From Leucoraja ocellata (taxonomy: Eukaryota): 64,000 bases of DNA. The notes under the pieces are model-generated. The model was not told where the DNA came from and did not search any database. It saw only the letters and a list, made by a program, of their open reading frames with translations. A program made the translations under genes and the position numbers. Shown in pieces: positions 39,201 through 54,200 of this stretch. The DNA is taken from NCBI GenBank assembly GCA_036785375.1, contig JAWMAR010000136.1:372001-436000 (forward strand), in the 5' to 3' direction. Numbering within the stretch: the stretch's first letter is position 1; the number at the start of each line of letters is the position of its first letter.

Positions 39201-42200
39201 ATTATTGAGAGAATGGGTTTTCTGTAATCCGGCATGGATTTAACAGGCTAGAATGACTGCCTTTTTCAAGTAAATATAGAAATGTGAACCCTATTTATAA
39301 ACTGTTGAACTGCCTGTCCAATTACCCTGACGTAGCCAGGCCTATTCACTGGTTTGCCCTCAACTAAGAAATGACGGTACTTCAAACAGGATATAATCCT
39401 CAAATTACTCTTAAATTAGGCAACATTACTTGGAGATACTGCCAACTCTCGAAAGCTTTATCATTATGATTTTGACAATGTGAAATGAACCAAAGCAAAA
39501 TTTTGAACGGAAAAGCAAACTCAACAGAAAAAACAGAAATGTGACTGTTTATGGAATTACTCACCTCCCGGGCAGTATGAGTGAGTTGGGCAGAGTTTGA
39601 GCTCTACTGTTGCAACATCATTGCAGTAAAAGCCTGCCCGACATGGAATGCACACATCGGAATGTGAATTTGGCTGATATTTTCCCACAGGGCATGGGAT
39701 GGGAGTTCCTGAACCTTTGGGACAAAAGTGTCCCTGGAAAATAGAAGACAAAAATCATACTTCATCAAGCACCAAATACTAAATGTATTTAGAGAATTCA
39801 AGAAGCGGTGATCAAATCCTGTTTTATAGAACCAGATGTTTCTGCCTGGTAATCTACACACCAATGCATGATTTGAATGTGCTTTATATTCTTACACAGA
39901 GGACACGTCCTTTCTACAACCAATCTGTCAAGACTGCTCAGGATTAAGTGTTTCAGGCAATTCAATTCTCACTATTCTGAACTCTTCTGAGGTTCAAGCT
40001 TAGCCTATCCAGTCCTTTCTCATGAGCAACTCAACCATTCCGGGTATTGGTCAATGTGTTCTTGCCCTTCCTTAAATACAGCGAGCAAAACTACAGCATT
40101 ACTCCAGATGTAGTCTCTCCAAAGCACTCTATCACTGAATCACAACATTATATTGGTATTCAATTCCCTAAACGATGAATGATAACACTGAGAGCTTTTT
40201 AATTACTTGCTCAACCTGCTAATGAGACTTTTCCAAACAATGCACAAGCACACTCATATTCGTCTGCATCTCAGAGCTGTGCACTTTTTCATTTCGATAA
40301 CATTTCTTTTTTATGTTCTTACCAAAAGTAAAAATACACTTTTTCACATATTACATTTGCCCATTCACTTAATATTTACACATGCCTTTCTAGCCTCTTT
40401 TATGTCAACTTTCTTTCCTATCTACCTGTCATCAGAAAAACTAACAACCATAATTTCAGTCATGAGTGCCCAACCTAAAAATCATGCACTTTAGCTCACT
40501 TCAATAACTTAAAAAAGCTGGAATATTTGAAAAAAGTTACACATGGCTACTAATATTTATAAAGAAAACTTCAATACGTTTTGTAATTTTTGGATTTTAA
40601 AAATAAATGACACGAACTGTGTATTACAAACAATCACCGCATTATATTTTACTTTGCACTACCCCGCCATTACAGGTGAGGGAAACTTGTTCACATATTC
40701 AGTTTTAGTTATGACTCATATGGTCAATAATTGTTCAAATAATAGCTTTCAATATCTCCATTTAGAAGTTTGCATTGAAAGCGAACTGTAGGCAAAGTTC
40801 GTTTGACGATACTCAAGAATTCTACTTTCATCAGGGACTGTCTAGTTATCCTTTCTCTGTTCTGTTTGGATAGTTAACCCACAGAATAAAATGGTTGTGG
40901 TGGTGGTGGCTGGTTGTGAAGGAACAGCACTCTTTACTTTCAAATATCAATGCATACCTGTGGGCAGAAGAAAGCATCTGGAGTAACTGAACTGTGATTG
41001 CCAGGACAGTAGAACCCGGGATAACATGGCCCAGAGGGATGGCTCAAACCGTCCCTTGCACAGTAATAGCCAGAGTCGCACGCTATGCAGGATTCCAGTG
41101 AAGCTCCTCCTATTAGCAAAACATAATCTAGTTACGTTGAGTTGCTCCAGCCCGATGGAATCAGAATAGAGCAGCTACCCATTTTTGTACCATATTTCCT
41201 CACATAAACGTAATTGAAGAAATACACAGATACATTCATTTGTATAGGTGGAGTATAGGTTCAACAAGATACAGTTTTTACCTTCACAGGATACGCCTTC
41301 TCCTCAATTAGTGCATAATGCATTGATCATGTTTACTTTATACAGTCAATTAACTGTTTTTGTACCACTGGCTAGATAATGGTAGATGGAGTAAGATGTT
41401 ATGTGTGATTTATGTGGTCAAGTTTCAGGATGAACATAAACGAAAATGAAAACATTTGTCCAGAAGGGTCCATACCTGTTTCCGAGTTGTATGTTCCAGG
41501 TGGGCATGGTACAGGTAGCGTAGAGTTGCTGGGGCAGTAGGCACCTGCACTACATTCTCCACCATTCCCTGTGTGATTGAAGTGCATGGAAGGGCGTGGG
41601 GAATTGACTCCAGATTCACAATAAAATCCATGATCGCAGGGACCTTCAACGTGTGTCAGGCCTAAGCTACTGCAATAGAAACCACCTAAGAACGATAGAT
41701 TGAGAATTTTATTCTGAGTTGTTCTTGCATACCACATTAGAAACAGCAAAAACAACTCTTACTTCTTAATGTGCCATTTTTTTCCCTTGAAGTTTGTACA
41801 CAACTCACAACTGCAGTCGACTACTTTGAATCTTTTACCGACCATACTGAGATTAAGTTGTTTTCAGCTGGCATGGTATTTTCTTCACAATCTGAGTAGG
41901 TTAACATATGATGAACGTTTGATTGTACTGGGCCTATATTCGTTGGTGTTTAGAAGAATGATGGTGGATCTCACTGAATGTACAGAATAGTGAAAGGTTT
42001 GGATAGAGTGGGTGTGGGGAGGACATTTCCACTAGTAGGAGAGTCTAGGACTAGAGAATTGCCTCCGAATTAAAGAACGCTCATTCATGAAAGAGATGAC
42101 GAGAAATGTCTTTAGCTAGACGATGGTGAATTTGTGGAATTCTTTACCACAGTAGGCTGTGGAGGCAAAGTCAGTGGATATAGTTAAGGCAGAGATAGAT

Positions 42201-45200
42201 AGATTCTTGATTAGTACAGGTGTCAGAGGTTATGGGGAAAGGCAGAAGAATGAGGTTAGGAGGAAGAGATAGATCAGTCATGATTGAAATGCGGAGTAGA
42301 CTTGATGGGCGTAATGGCCTAAATCTACTATCATATGATCTGAATTGTTCTTTAACTAAGTGCCTGCAAAGACATTTTAAAGGGCAGATGGGAGTCAACC
42401 ACTTGGTGTGGATTCAGAGTAACATATAGAGTCATAGTATCATTCAGCATGGAAACAGACCCTTCGGCCCAACTCCTCCATGGTGACGACGATACTCTAT
42501 CTAAGCTCGTCTGATTTGCTTGAGTTTGCCCTTTATGCCATTAAACCTTTCCTTTTAAATGCTGTTATTATATTTGCCATGTATTCCAAATCATGTAATG
42601 ACAGCAGGCTACCTTCTCTAGAAGACGTGAACTTATTGACTTTGCATGACAATTCTGTTGATATTGGCTTTTTGTACCAGATTTGTTTAATTAACTGAAA
42701 TTAAGTTCTCTGACAGCTGTGGTGGTTTCTGCCATCATGCCTCCAGATCTCTGGTTTAGAATTGCGGTTAGCTACTCTGGAAATATAACCACTAAAGTAC
42801 AGCATCTTGCGATTGTAGTCTCAGAAAACTATTATTCCACTTCCATAGTGCATTTCCTACATGGTGCTCACCCAAAATCAAAAGGATCCATAGTCTTCAC
42901 TGGGCCGTGTGAAGGAACTTTTACTAGGACACATTAAACTCACTTATTTTCTCCTACATCCTTCATATGCTCAATGATTATTTGGTGGTGAAGTGGGGCA
43001 TTGGGTTTGTTCCCACCCAGCGTACGTGCCAGGTGTTCAACAGTGTGTGATTTTCACTCCATCAAGGTCAAGACATTACGGAATGTTTAGGTTAAGTGTT
43101 AAGGGCCTGTCCCAATTGGCGATTTTTTCTGCGACTGCCGGAATCGTTGACTGATGTATCAGGTCACTGAAAAATACACGACGTGATGATGTATGACGCG
43201 GCAGTGACGTGGCATGATGACGTATAACGTGTTTTTTCAAGTCTCGCAACATTTTTTTTGTCACCGCTGGATTTTGAAATGTTCAAAATCTTTTGGCGAC
43301 ACTGATATGACGCCGGCAGTCGCCGAGAAATATCGCCAAGTGGGACAGGCCCTTTTACTGAAACAAATTAATTATTTACAAGACATTCTTTCTATTGTGT
43401 TTTAGAGTTTTGGTTACTGTAAATACTTTAAGATCTGAACTAATTTCAGTATATTTTTTTAATTTTGCAAAGCACAGAAAGCAGAATAGTAGAAAGAGGC
43501 AAACACTCAATTGTAATGCAGGTATCACATTTTAAACAATTATCATTGAAGACCTAATCGTTGAATACTGCATTTAACAAAGAATTGTCATTGTGGATAA
43601 ATACACACAGGATTATGCTTTAATAGATATGTCATTAAAGTCCACCACGCCTCAGAAGACACATTGTCAATAATGGGCATTGTTGTTTGCCAATGGCTGG
43701 TGTGCACCCTTGTTATGCCAAATGTGTCATTGTCACAAAACCTGGAATGTTGGGCACCATTGTGCAGCCAATAGATAAATGCAGGCAGGTGACAGATTAT
43801 GAAATATTGTTCATAATATTGTGCAGCTAAAGTTGCCTCTAAAAGCATTAGAGTATTCTTTAAAAGTTGGTGCGAACACAAGTTCCCACTGTGTCATCGG
43901 CAGAAGTTTAATGTCACATGGTCTAGCTTAAGGCTTCTGTTGTATGGAGCAAAGATCTTATAGCTATAGGATCTTTGGTATGGAGCAGGCAGAGACCATG
44001 CTGGATCAAAGAGCGCTGCATGTTTGTGATCGGTGGCTTCCATGCGTAACTTCATGAAGTCCTAAAAGACCTCATGAACTCATGCACAAAAGACCCAATC
44101 ATATTTCGTAAATGTCTCAATAGGAGAAGATAGATTAAAATAAACAATAGCAAAATCGACCCAATTAAGGACCATGTCTCTCACCAAGGCACAGAGTACA
44201 GCCAGATCTCTCTCCCAGTCCCCAAGAGGCTCCAAATGTTCCAGCTGGGCAAGGTGTTGGAGATGTACTGGTGCCCTTTGGACAGTATGCACCTCGAGGA
44301 CAAGATTGAGCTCGGTCTCTGCAGAGAAAGAGATGAACACAAGGATAATTAGAAATATCTAATTGAAATCTTAAAATAAATGTTGATGAAATTGGGTCTT
44401 CAACAACAGCATGAAATAAAAGTTAGGTTATTTTATAATCTACCTAAAAGAAAAATACAAAATTACATACTTCATGCCATCTAGTTTTAGACTAAGCAAA
44501 AAGACTGTTGAAATTACATTATCCATATTCCTCACGATTTTAAATACCTAGAATAAGGTCTCCCCTTGGCCTCTCATGCTCCAGGAAACAAAGCTACAGT
44601 TTATTGTCTCTCCTTATAATTCAAGCCCTTCAATCCCAGTAACATCCTTGTGACTCTTTTCTGTACCTTTTACATATTTTCATTTGTGTTCTACTATTTT
44701 TCTTTCATTAATGTTTTGATTTCATCATATGGCATTCATGGGTGATGTTTGAATGCTCCTGATTTGCCATTACCACCCAGACAAGTGAAGTGCTGCTGAC
44801 ACTCCCTTTGCATAAATAAAGGAAAGAGGTTGTTATATGACACTGGTCGTAATATGACTGTGATATAGAGTTCCCCGAAGATTAAAGAGTGTGCATCAAA
44901 CTTTAGACTTTAGAGATACAGCATGGAAACAGACCCTTCGGCCCACTGAATCCATGCTGACCTGCAATCACACCCCGTGCACGAGCACTATCCTACACAC
45001 TAGGGACAATTTACAGTTTACGGAAGCCAACTAACCTACAAACCTGCACATCTTAGTAATGTGGAGGAAACTAGAGCACCTAGAGAAAGCCCATGCAGTC
45101 ACAGGGAGAACATACAAACTCCATACAGACAGCACCCATAGTCAGGATCGAATCCGGGTTTCTGGCACTTTAAGGAAGCAACTCTACTGCTGTGCCACCC

Positions 45201-48200
45201 GTTCTACAAGAGTACCGCATAGACTACATTCCTGTACAATGCACCTTGCATCTTACTTGTTTATGCACTGATATCCTTTGGGGCAGACAAAACATTCTTC
45301 TGCTCCTGTGCGATTCATGAATTTCCCATCTTCACATGGTATTGGTGCAGCTGAACCCAATGGACAATAATGGCCCACAGGACAAATATCACCTGAATTC
45401 AAAGAAGTTAAAATGAAATTATGTTAATAAATTAAATAAAGAGTCTTGCAAAGATAGAATCCAAATTTCCTTGCAAGTTAGCTGACTGAATTGTCTCAAA
45501 CGCACTTTCAACTGGGAATACATTTATTATCATCCCTTTCTTTGCAAATATAGACAATATATCGACAAAACATAGACAATATGTTAATGTTTTGGTATTT
45601 ATTCCAGAGGTAGAATCAGAAATACAATTCTGTTGAACAAATTGTACATATTGACAGGAATCAAACTCTATAATGGCAGACTTTCCAAAATGTTCATTGA
45701 GATTGGAAACTCTGCTTCTTTGTTTGGCTCTGCCATGTAACTATTCTCAAAGGCTTCATGGCAAAGCCAAACAAAGAATAAGTGATAATTTAACATGGTA
45801 CCTGTAATGCCATCAAGGGGTGTTGCAGTCCTTGAGCCTTCCTTACAATAAAATCCTGGATCACAAAAATCTCCCGCATTGTCTTTGCCTGGTTCCATAC
45901 AATAGAAACCTTTAGAAATGCAAAACCAGGCGCATGTCATGACAGGAAACTTGGGCATGGGTTCCATCAGACCATACATTTTCGGACACCTTGGGACATG
46001 ATTCACTACTTTTCAGAAACCTGGCTATTAGTTACTGATCTGCTGCAGAATTAATTGATATAAGCATCTAAGCTGCCAGGTGCACTCAAATATCAGTGAG
46101 AAAATGTAGTGCTAATTACACACTAACCTGAAGGACACAGTGCGCAATCTTCCTCACGAGTGCCTCCAGTAGATGATCGCAATGTTCCAGGTGGGCAGGG
46201 GATGGGAAGAGTAGTAGCTTTGGGGCAATAGTGGCCTGAAGGACAAATGTCACCAAATGTGACGGCAACAGGAGTTCGAGACTTGGATCCTTCGAGGCAG
46301 AAAAACCCTAAAAAGTAAATCAGGAAAGTGATTAGAAAGTGAAACAAACAAAGGAATTCTAAATACCAATCTCAGCATTCTTGTTTTCCTTTGAATGCTG
46401 ACCCATCTTCACTTCAAACCATGGTAGTAGGGAGAGAACGACTGAGCCAGTCTCCAGAGTGCGGATCAAATCCACGGACAGTTGGAACACTCTTCCTTCA
46501 TCTTTGGTTAGGCTTACACCTGCCTTCACTATACAAATCAGTTTATACCCAAGTCTGCTTCAGTCCTTGACAATATCAGCAAAAGCCAAAACAAACACCC
46601 TTTGTGGAAATGTCCAACATTAAAGGGCATAGCTATGAGGTGAGAGGGGGAAACTGTAATGAGATGTGCAGGGCATGTTATTTTTACAGAGAGAGTAGTA
46701 GGAGCGGGGAACACATTGCCTGGGGTGGTGTGGAGGCAGGTATGATAGTGGCATTTAAGAGGCTTTTAGAGAGGCACATGGAAGTGCATGGAATAGAGGG
46801 ATATGGATAATCTGTAGGCAGAAAAGATCAGTTCATCTAAACCTCATGTTCGATACAAATATTATGGGCCGATGGCTCTGATCCTGTGCTGTACTGTTCT
46901 ATGATCCATTTTCTATATAAAGATTAAACATCTCACTTGACAGGTTAGAGGCATACAAGACTCTGAATTATTTTACATCATTAAAGTTGCTAATACTCTA
47001 TCCCATTGCATACCAATATTTAAAAGACATTCTGTTGACTAAAATCTTATAGATAGATGAATAAGACCGAGAGCTTGGAGTAGTGATTGTCGATTAGAAA
47101 TAGGAAAGTCAAGAGTGGATGAGAGATTAGAAGGGTATGTACAAATGGAAAGGGAGAGCTGAGAAAGGGTTGTAAGTGGGATTGAGGATCCCTTGCTGAA
47201 GAACTAATCATAACGGCAAAGATGGTTGTATCCAGCTAATTGAGCAGCAATTCATTGGCAATCATCGAATGCCAATGATAAGAAATCATTAAGACTTGAC
47301 GTGTCACATTACCTGCCCAACAAGGTCCTGATACAGCAGTAATTCCCATTTCATCGCAGTATTGCCCAGGAATACAAGCATGACATTGGGAGGCTTCAGT
47401 TAGTCCTGGTTTGTCACTGTAAAAGCCATAAGATCAAGTGCTACATATCACAACAAAGGCAGGAAGTCTACAGTGTGTCAATATTACTCTAAATATTTTT
47501 GAATGAATTTACTAAAAGGGGAATTATGAAACCAGAAAGTCAATGTGAATTATTCCCTTCTCAAATATTTTGGGGAATTGTAGGAATGATAATCTTATAT
47601 TTACCACTGGGCAGTTTACAAAACTAATGCCCAAAACATTGGATGGAAAATTAATATGGTGGGCATGAAATAATTAAAATAGATTAACATAATGTGCAGA
47701 AACAAAAGGAAAAACATCAAAGCTATTGGAAATTGAAAAACTTTAGACCAAACCTTTACCTTATGTGATTCACCTCACTCCCACTATCAAACACAAGTCA
47801 GCCCAAAAATTGATATGCAGATAAAGATAATTCTGGCAGCTGCTAAAATGTCACGCATCCATCGGATAACCTTTCAAAGTTGGAACTAAATCAAGTGCCC
47901 ATTAGTAAGGCACGAAAGGCTTCTGTCTGTTCGCTTATCGTCAAATTGATGATTTAGATTGAAAATATAAGCAATTACTACTGTAATTATCAACTCAATA
48001 TCAAAATGCACACAAACTTGTGTAAACTTTAAAAACTGGCATTTGAGCATCACTCATGTTTCAACAAGGATTCCATCTTACTAAAAATACCTGAAGGTTC
48101 CCTTTGGACAGGGTTGAGGTGTGACACTACCACTGGCGCAGTAGAATCCTGGCAAACACCGAGCCCCTGTAATTCCATCAGTGGGAGTTGGTACAACAGT

Positions 48201-51200
48201 GCCGAGGACACATACATAACCAGCGCTGCAAAGCCCTGTTGGCTCAGTGTTTCCTGGAAAAATAACATAACTTGACAAATGCAGTTCTATTTTCTCAGAC
48301 ATCATTCAAATAAACTTTTGTAATATTGAGTTTGGTGAACAGTAAAGCCAAAAGCATCTTATATTTGGAATTCAGTGCATAATGCATTGCCACAGAAGGC
48401 TGTGGAAGCCAAGTCAATGGATATTTTTAAGGCGAAGATTGACAAATTCTGGATTAGTATGGATGTTAGGGGATATGGGGAGAAGGCAGGAGAATGGGGT
48501 TGAGAGGGAAAGATAGATTAGCCATGAATGAATGGCAGCGTAGATTTGATGGGCTGAATGGCCTAATTGTGCTCCTATAATTTATGAGTTTATGAACAAT
48601 ACCATGTTAGCATCCAGCCACAAATCTCTCAGTTGAGCAGGATTGGATCTGCCTACAGGTGAGATTAGTATTTGTGGATTAGTATTTTATTTCATTTAAA
48701 GAAAGTGTGTAGACAATACCTGAACCCCGACAGTACGTTCCAGGATCACAAGGCAAGCAGTCTGATGCTTTGTGCAACCCGGTCTGATTTCCATAGGTAC
48801 CCTCGGCACACAAGAACTGGTTTGCAGATCTAGTACCTGGTGGACAATACGAGCCCATTGGGCATCTGATAGGTTGACGTTCTCCTTGGAGGGAGAGGCA
48901 CATGAAAAAAAACACACATAAAGTTAAATAAATGAAGTGAACTAATACAAAGAAAGAATGGTTTGTTTAAGCCAGACAATTGTTTTTTTCCCCAAGACTA
49001 TTCTATGCCACATCCTCTATCATCATTAATTGTTCAATTTTTACCTTGTGTTTGGCAGTAGAACCCTGGAGGACAAACCTCACATGTTTCTGCTGCCCAT
49101 TTGGATTGGTAGTGACCTGCCGAACAGCTGGTTTGATTGGCACTTCCCTGTGGACATTGAGAGTGATATTACAACAGGAAAACAATGTCATACAAGTAAC
49201 AGTTTTACTTTGTTCAGACAATGTTAGAACTTCTTCTTGGACAGCTCTATACCTTACATCTTCTTCACAGATATTCAAAGTTTTTATTTAATTTTGCCTT
49301 CTCCTTTCAATATTATTCAATATTACATTGTCAAAAATGATCAGAAAAATGTAAAGGATAACTCGCAAGACAAAACTTCCAATCAGAAAGCTGCTCAGTC
49401 ACATTCTTACAAATCTACTTAAAAAAAATTGATATCTCAATTGGTATCACATCTGTTTATTTTATTTGGATTCAAGATCATTTGGATTCAAGATTTCCAG
49501 GATGGGAAAATCAAATAAAAGAGGGCATTGTTTTGGATGAGAGGAGCAAAGGTTAAATGAGATGTGTGGGGCAAGTTTTCTTTTTACACAGTGGATGGTG
49601 AGTGTCTGGAACATGTTACCGGGGCTGGTGGTTGAGGCAGATACGATAGTGGCATTTAACAAACTTATGATTAGGCATATCGATAGGCAGGAAATGGAGG
49701 GAAATGGATATACATAGGCGGGTAAGAATTGGTCTTGGCATCATGTTTGACACGGACTTTGTGGGCCAAAGAGCCTGTTTTTGTGCTATATTGTTCTATG
49801 TTCCATGTTCTAAATGCCAAACAATGAAAGAATGAAGATATTTTGATTCAAATGTACCATTTTAATGCACTTCATGCACTTTGAAACATCTTCAAATGGA
49901 ATGACAACCACAACCACAAAGATTTTGCAGTTTGGTAAAATGCTGACATTTGGGGCTAAGTTTCACATCATGATGGAATTGAAAAGCTGGTACCAGTACT
50001 GATCTCCTCACAGGACCAACATCAAAGATGCTACTGAGAGCCCAGTGCTGAGTGGTATAGTGATGACAGTGGAATTTGTTTGTAACATAATACGGTAAAA
50101 GTGACAGTGTTCCTGACATTTGCTCATGCTCAGTTAAATGCTGACGTGCTGAAAGTGGAATCCTATTGTTCCTCAGGGAACTCTGCTACAAGCGTTCAAG
50201 ATGGATTAACATGAAATTTAAAAAAAATAACATTATCTTATACTTTTTACTGGTTATTGTACAAACAATCAAATGATAAGTGTTAAAGAAACGCAATTAA
50301 AAATGAAAGATAAGCCTTTATTACAGGTATAGAATATCTCTATATCTCTGACCTGAAAAAAAAAGATATGGAGGCTGTAGTTAACAGATTATTTTGAGAA
50401 ATATTGGGAAAAATATCAAGAATAACAAGTGCAACGTATAATTTAAACATCATAATGGTCTTTCACCAAGTTACCTCACGATGCATTTTCATTATATTTA
50501 AAAAGGCAGAAATGAATAAATATTCTGCTGACCTCAGGGCAGAAGTGACCTGGAGGACACATGTACTCCAATGGTTGATTCACAGTTTGGCCTCCTGGAC
50601 AGTAATATCCTTCACTGCAGACGCCTGAAGGAGTCGACAAACCGTAACCTGCACAGTAATGACCAGATGGGCAAGGACTGCAGTCAGGGAAGGCAACTCC
50701 TCTGGGAACAGCTTCGAGTAAGCATAATGACAAAGAAAAATATGAGTTCAATGGATGAAACTTCAGCAAGATAAAAGATAGAATAATTTAACATTTAGTT
50801 AATAAAGACTTTGTACCTTTATATTATTTTTTAAATTGTGCAGGGTATATAATTTAACCTTATCATTTTAGTCAAACTTCTGTTGCCATTATTCTTGTAA
50901 ATTGTTACTTCCAAGTTTTGTGTTCAATGCTTCTAATATCTACCATACCAAATTTCAGATTAATACCACTGGAAGACTTATTGCAGTGAATTTGTGCAAC
51001 ATTTATTTCTGCTCCATCTTGTTACCAAAAAGACCGCCATTTGACAGGACAGATACATCAGCAATAATATTATTTGTTCATCTGCGTCCTAAATTTTCTT
51101 GGCAATCGAAATACTGAGCCAGCTACCTCTTCATAGCAATGTTGCACTCCAGACAATAAGGAATTATTTGAGAGGATAACTGGAAGATAGAGCGGCAGAG

Positions 51201-54200
51201 CTGCTGCCTTACAGCGCCAGAGACCTGGGTTTGATCCTGACTATGGGTGCAGTCTGTACAGAGTTTGTGCATTCTCCCTGTGACCATGTGGGTTTTCTCC
51301 TGGTGTTCTGGTTTTCTCCCACACTCCAAAGACAGAGGTTTGCAGGTAAATTGGCTTTGGTAAAATAGTAAAATGTCGCCCAGTGTGTGTAGGATAGTGT
51401 TGGTGCAGGGATCATTGGTTGGCACAGACTCCGTGGGTCGAAGGGCCTGTTTCCGTGCTGTATCTCTAAACTAAACTAAAATACATGCTCAGTCTCTTTA
51501 CCTTATGTTCGTGCACAAGTAAGAGATGTCACCTGCCTGCCATCTGGTGGCAACAAGAGGAAAAGCACCTGAATAGGATATCAACAACTTTTCAAATTCT
51601 TGAAAGGAATAACCAATGTCTAAATTGTATCAGGTGTCAAAATGAAATACCACAGGCCAAAAATGTGATTAAATCATGCGAGCATGATTTCTGATCTGTA
51701 GGTCACACAAAAAAATAATAAACTGGGGCACCAGGCTCTCTGAGAATGGGTCAGTAAGTACAAGGTAGACAAAAGTGCTGGAGAAACTCAGCGGGTGCAG
51801 CAGCATCTATGGAGCGAAGGAAATAGACAACGTTTTGGGCTGAAACCCTACTTCAGACAGTAAGTACATCCATTTATTTAGATACATAGACATAAAACAT
51901 AGAAATTAGGTGCAGGAGTAGGCCATTCGGTCCTTTGAGCCAGCACTGCCATTCAATATGATCATGGCAAATCATCCAAATTCAGTACAATGTTCCTGCT
52001 TTTTCACCATATCCCATGATTCCATTAGTCCTAAGAGCTAAATCTAACTCTCTTGAATACATCCAGTGAATTGGCCTCCACTGCCTTCTGTGTCAGTGGT
52101 ATTTCAAGTATCAGAACTTTTCGATCTATTTGAAAATACTGATATAACTGTAGCCGAAAATATGTTATCAGGTAAGAATATTTCTTAAAGCAGTGATTAA
52201 AACATTGAATTTCCCAAAGGTCCTTATACTTTCCAAACTGGGTTTGGAGAGATTGTTCTCTATTTTGTTAATCTCATGCGGGAATGGAGAGATGGTGTAT
52301 TATCAAAATGGAAGTACATGTTACAGGGGAATTATATAGGTGTACGGGACTAGCCTGGTGGACCAGATAGTCAGTTGCATGGTCTTGTTAGATATTTGTA
52401 CCTTCATTTAAAATTACAACTTTTAGCACAAACACGGCAAAAACGGAATTAGAAATCAATGTAGCTAATATTCTTACCCAAGAGGGTTCCAGGAGGGCAG
52501 GGTTTAGCATAGCTTGTTCCCTCTGGACAGTAATGTCCCACAGGGCAGGGTTTGGAGTTGGGAACTGTTGCACTGCCATCACACAGAAAGCCAGCAATGC
52601 ATGGCCCGGATGGAGCTGACAGACCAGGCTTCTCACAGTATAGGCCAAGACCACATGGAACTGGATGAGAAGAACCTTCAGGACAATAGAACCCTGAGGA
52701 AGAAATCATTTTGTCACCCACCATTCAATTAATTAATATAGAAACACTTACAAGGATATGGTGGATTATTGCACAAGGGATGACGAAACAAAGAACTGCA
52801 GATGCTGGTTTATACCAAAGATATAGTGTTGAAGTGACTCCGTGGGTCAGGCAGCATCTCTGGATGTTTCTGTAGGTGATGTTTTGGGTCGGGTCTCATC
52901 TTCAGACTGAAAGTAGGGGGGTCAGTGGGGAGAAGAGATTGAGGTAAGAAAAGACATGGACTAATAAGGGCCAGCCACAAATGCCCTCTCGCTGGGTGGT
53001 GCCCTGGTGGGGCCCAATGTTGGCTTGGGGGAAAGTGTGAATTTAAGTGGGATAATGTGGAGAGCTGAGGAACTATCTAGGAGTGAGGAAGGAGGCAACA
53101 GGAGGGGGAGGGGAGGGGAGTGTGGGTTGAAGTTACTTAAAATTAGAGAATTTAATGTTCATACCTCTGGGTGGTAAGTTTCCCAAGCAAAATATAAGGC
53201 GCCGTTCCTCCAATTTGTGTGTGGCCTAACATTGGCAATGGAAGAGGCCCGGGACTGGAAAATGAGTTTGTGAATGGGAAGGGATGTTGAAACAGTTGGC
53301 AACTGGGAGATTCCATAGGCTTCAGTGGACCGAGCGTAAGTGTTCAGTGGCGCCGAATCCACGTTTTGTCTCTGCATGCAGGAGTTACCATTGGGAACAG
53401 TGCATGCACTAGATGATACTTTTTTTTCCAGAGATGTTGCCTGACCCGCTGCTTTAATCCAGCACTTTGTGTCTATCTTTATTGCACAATGATAACTTAC
53501 TGGGAGCATGGAATGGGAAACTAGATCACATCATTACAGCAGAAGGTCAACAATTCCTCTGAGCAAGGCTCATTTCTCATGGAACAATATCATTGTGTCA
53601 CCTACTGGATCTCCCTTGCTAACCATTTTAACTCCCCTTCCCATTCCAACACTGACCTTTCTGTACTGGCCTCCTCCATTGCCAGTGAGGCCACACACAA
53701 ATTGGAGGAACAGCACTTCATATATTCACTTGGGTAACTACAACCTAGAGCAGGCAACATCAGGCTGATCTGCATTTTGAAATTCCTACATTATTTTGTC
53801 ATATATTTATGCTCTCACTCTATAACTCCTCCCGTACATTTTTTTGACGTGATAACCTTCTTAACAGCTTGCCCCATGGTCACCCTGTTTTACCCTTTCA
53901 GAGATGTCCTCCAACATCCTCCGAGCATCTTTACAAACTTATTTCTCTCCTTCTCATTTCTGACAGAATGTTGTCCCTGTTTCTCTTCCCATAGGTGTGG
54001 CTAGACCTGCTGAGTGTTTACAGCGGTGTGTTTTTATTCTAGCACTGCTTTTACCATCACCCTGTCTCTTCCCATCCAGAACAAGGGCAGGGAATCCCTT
54101 CCACTCCTCCAATCTTTACATTGAATGCATCATGGTCCGTTATTTCTACCACCTTCAGCATCTTCCTCTCCCGATGCTCTCCAGAGTCCTTAAGAGACTA

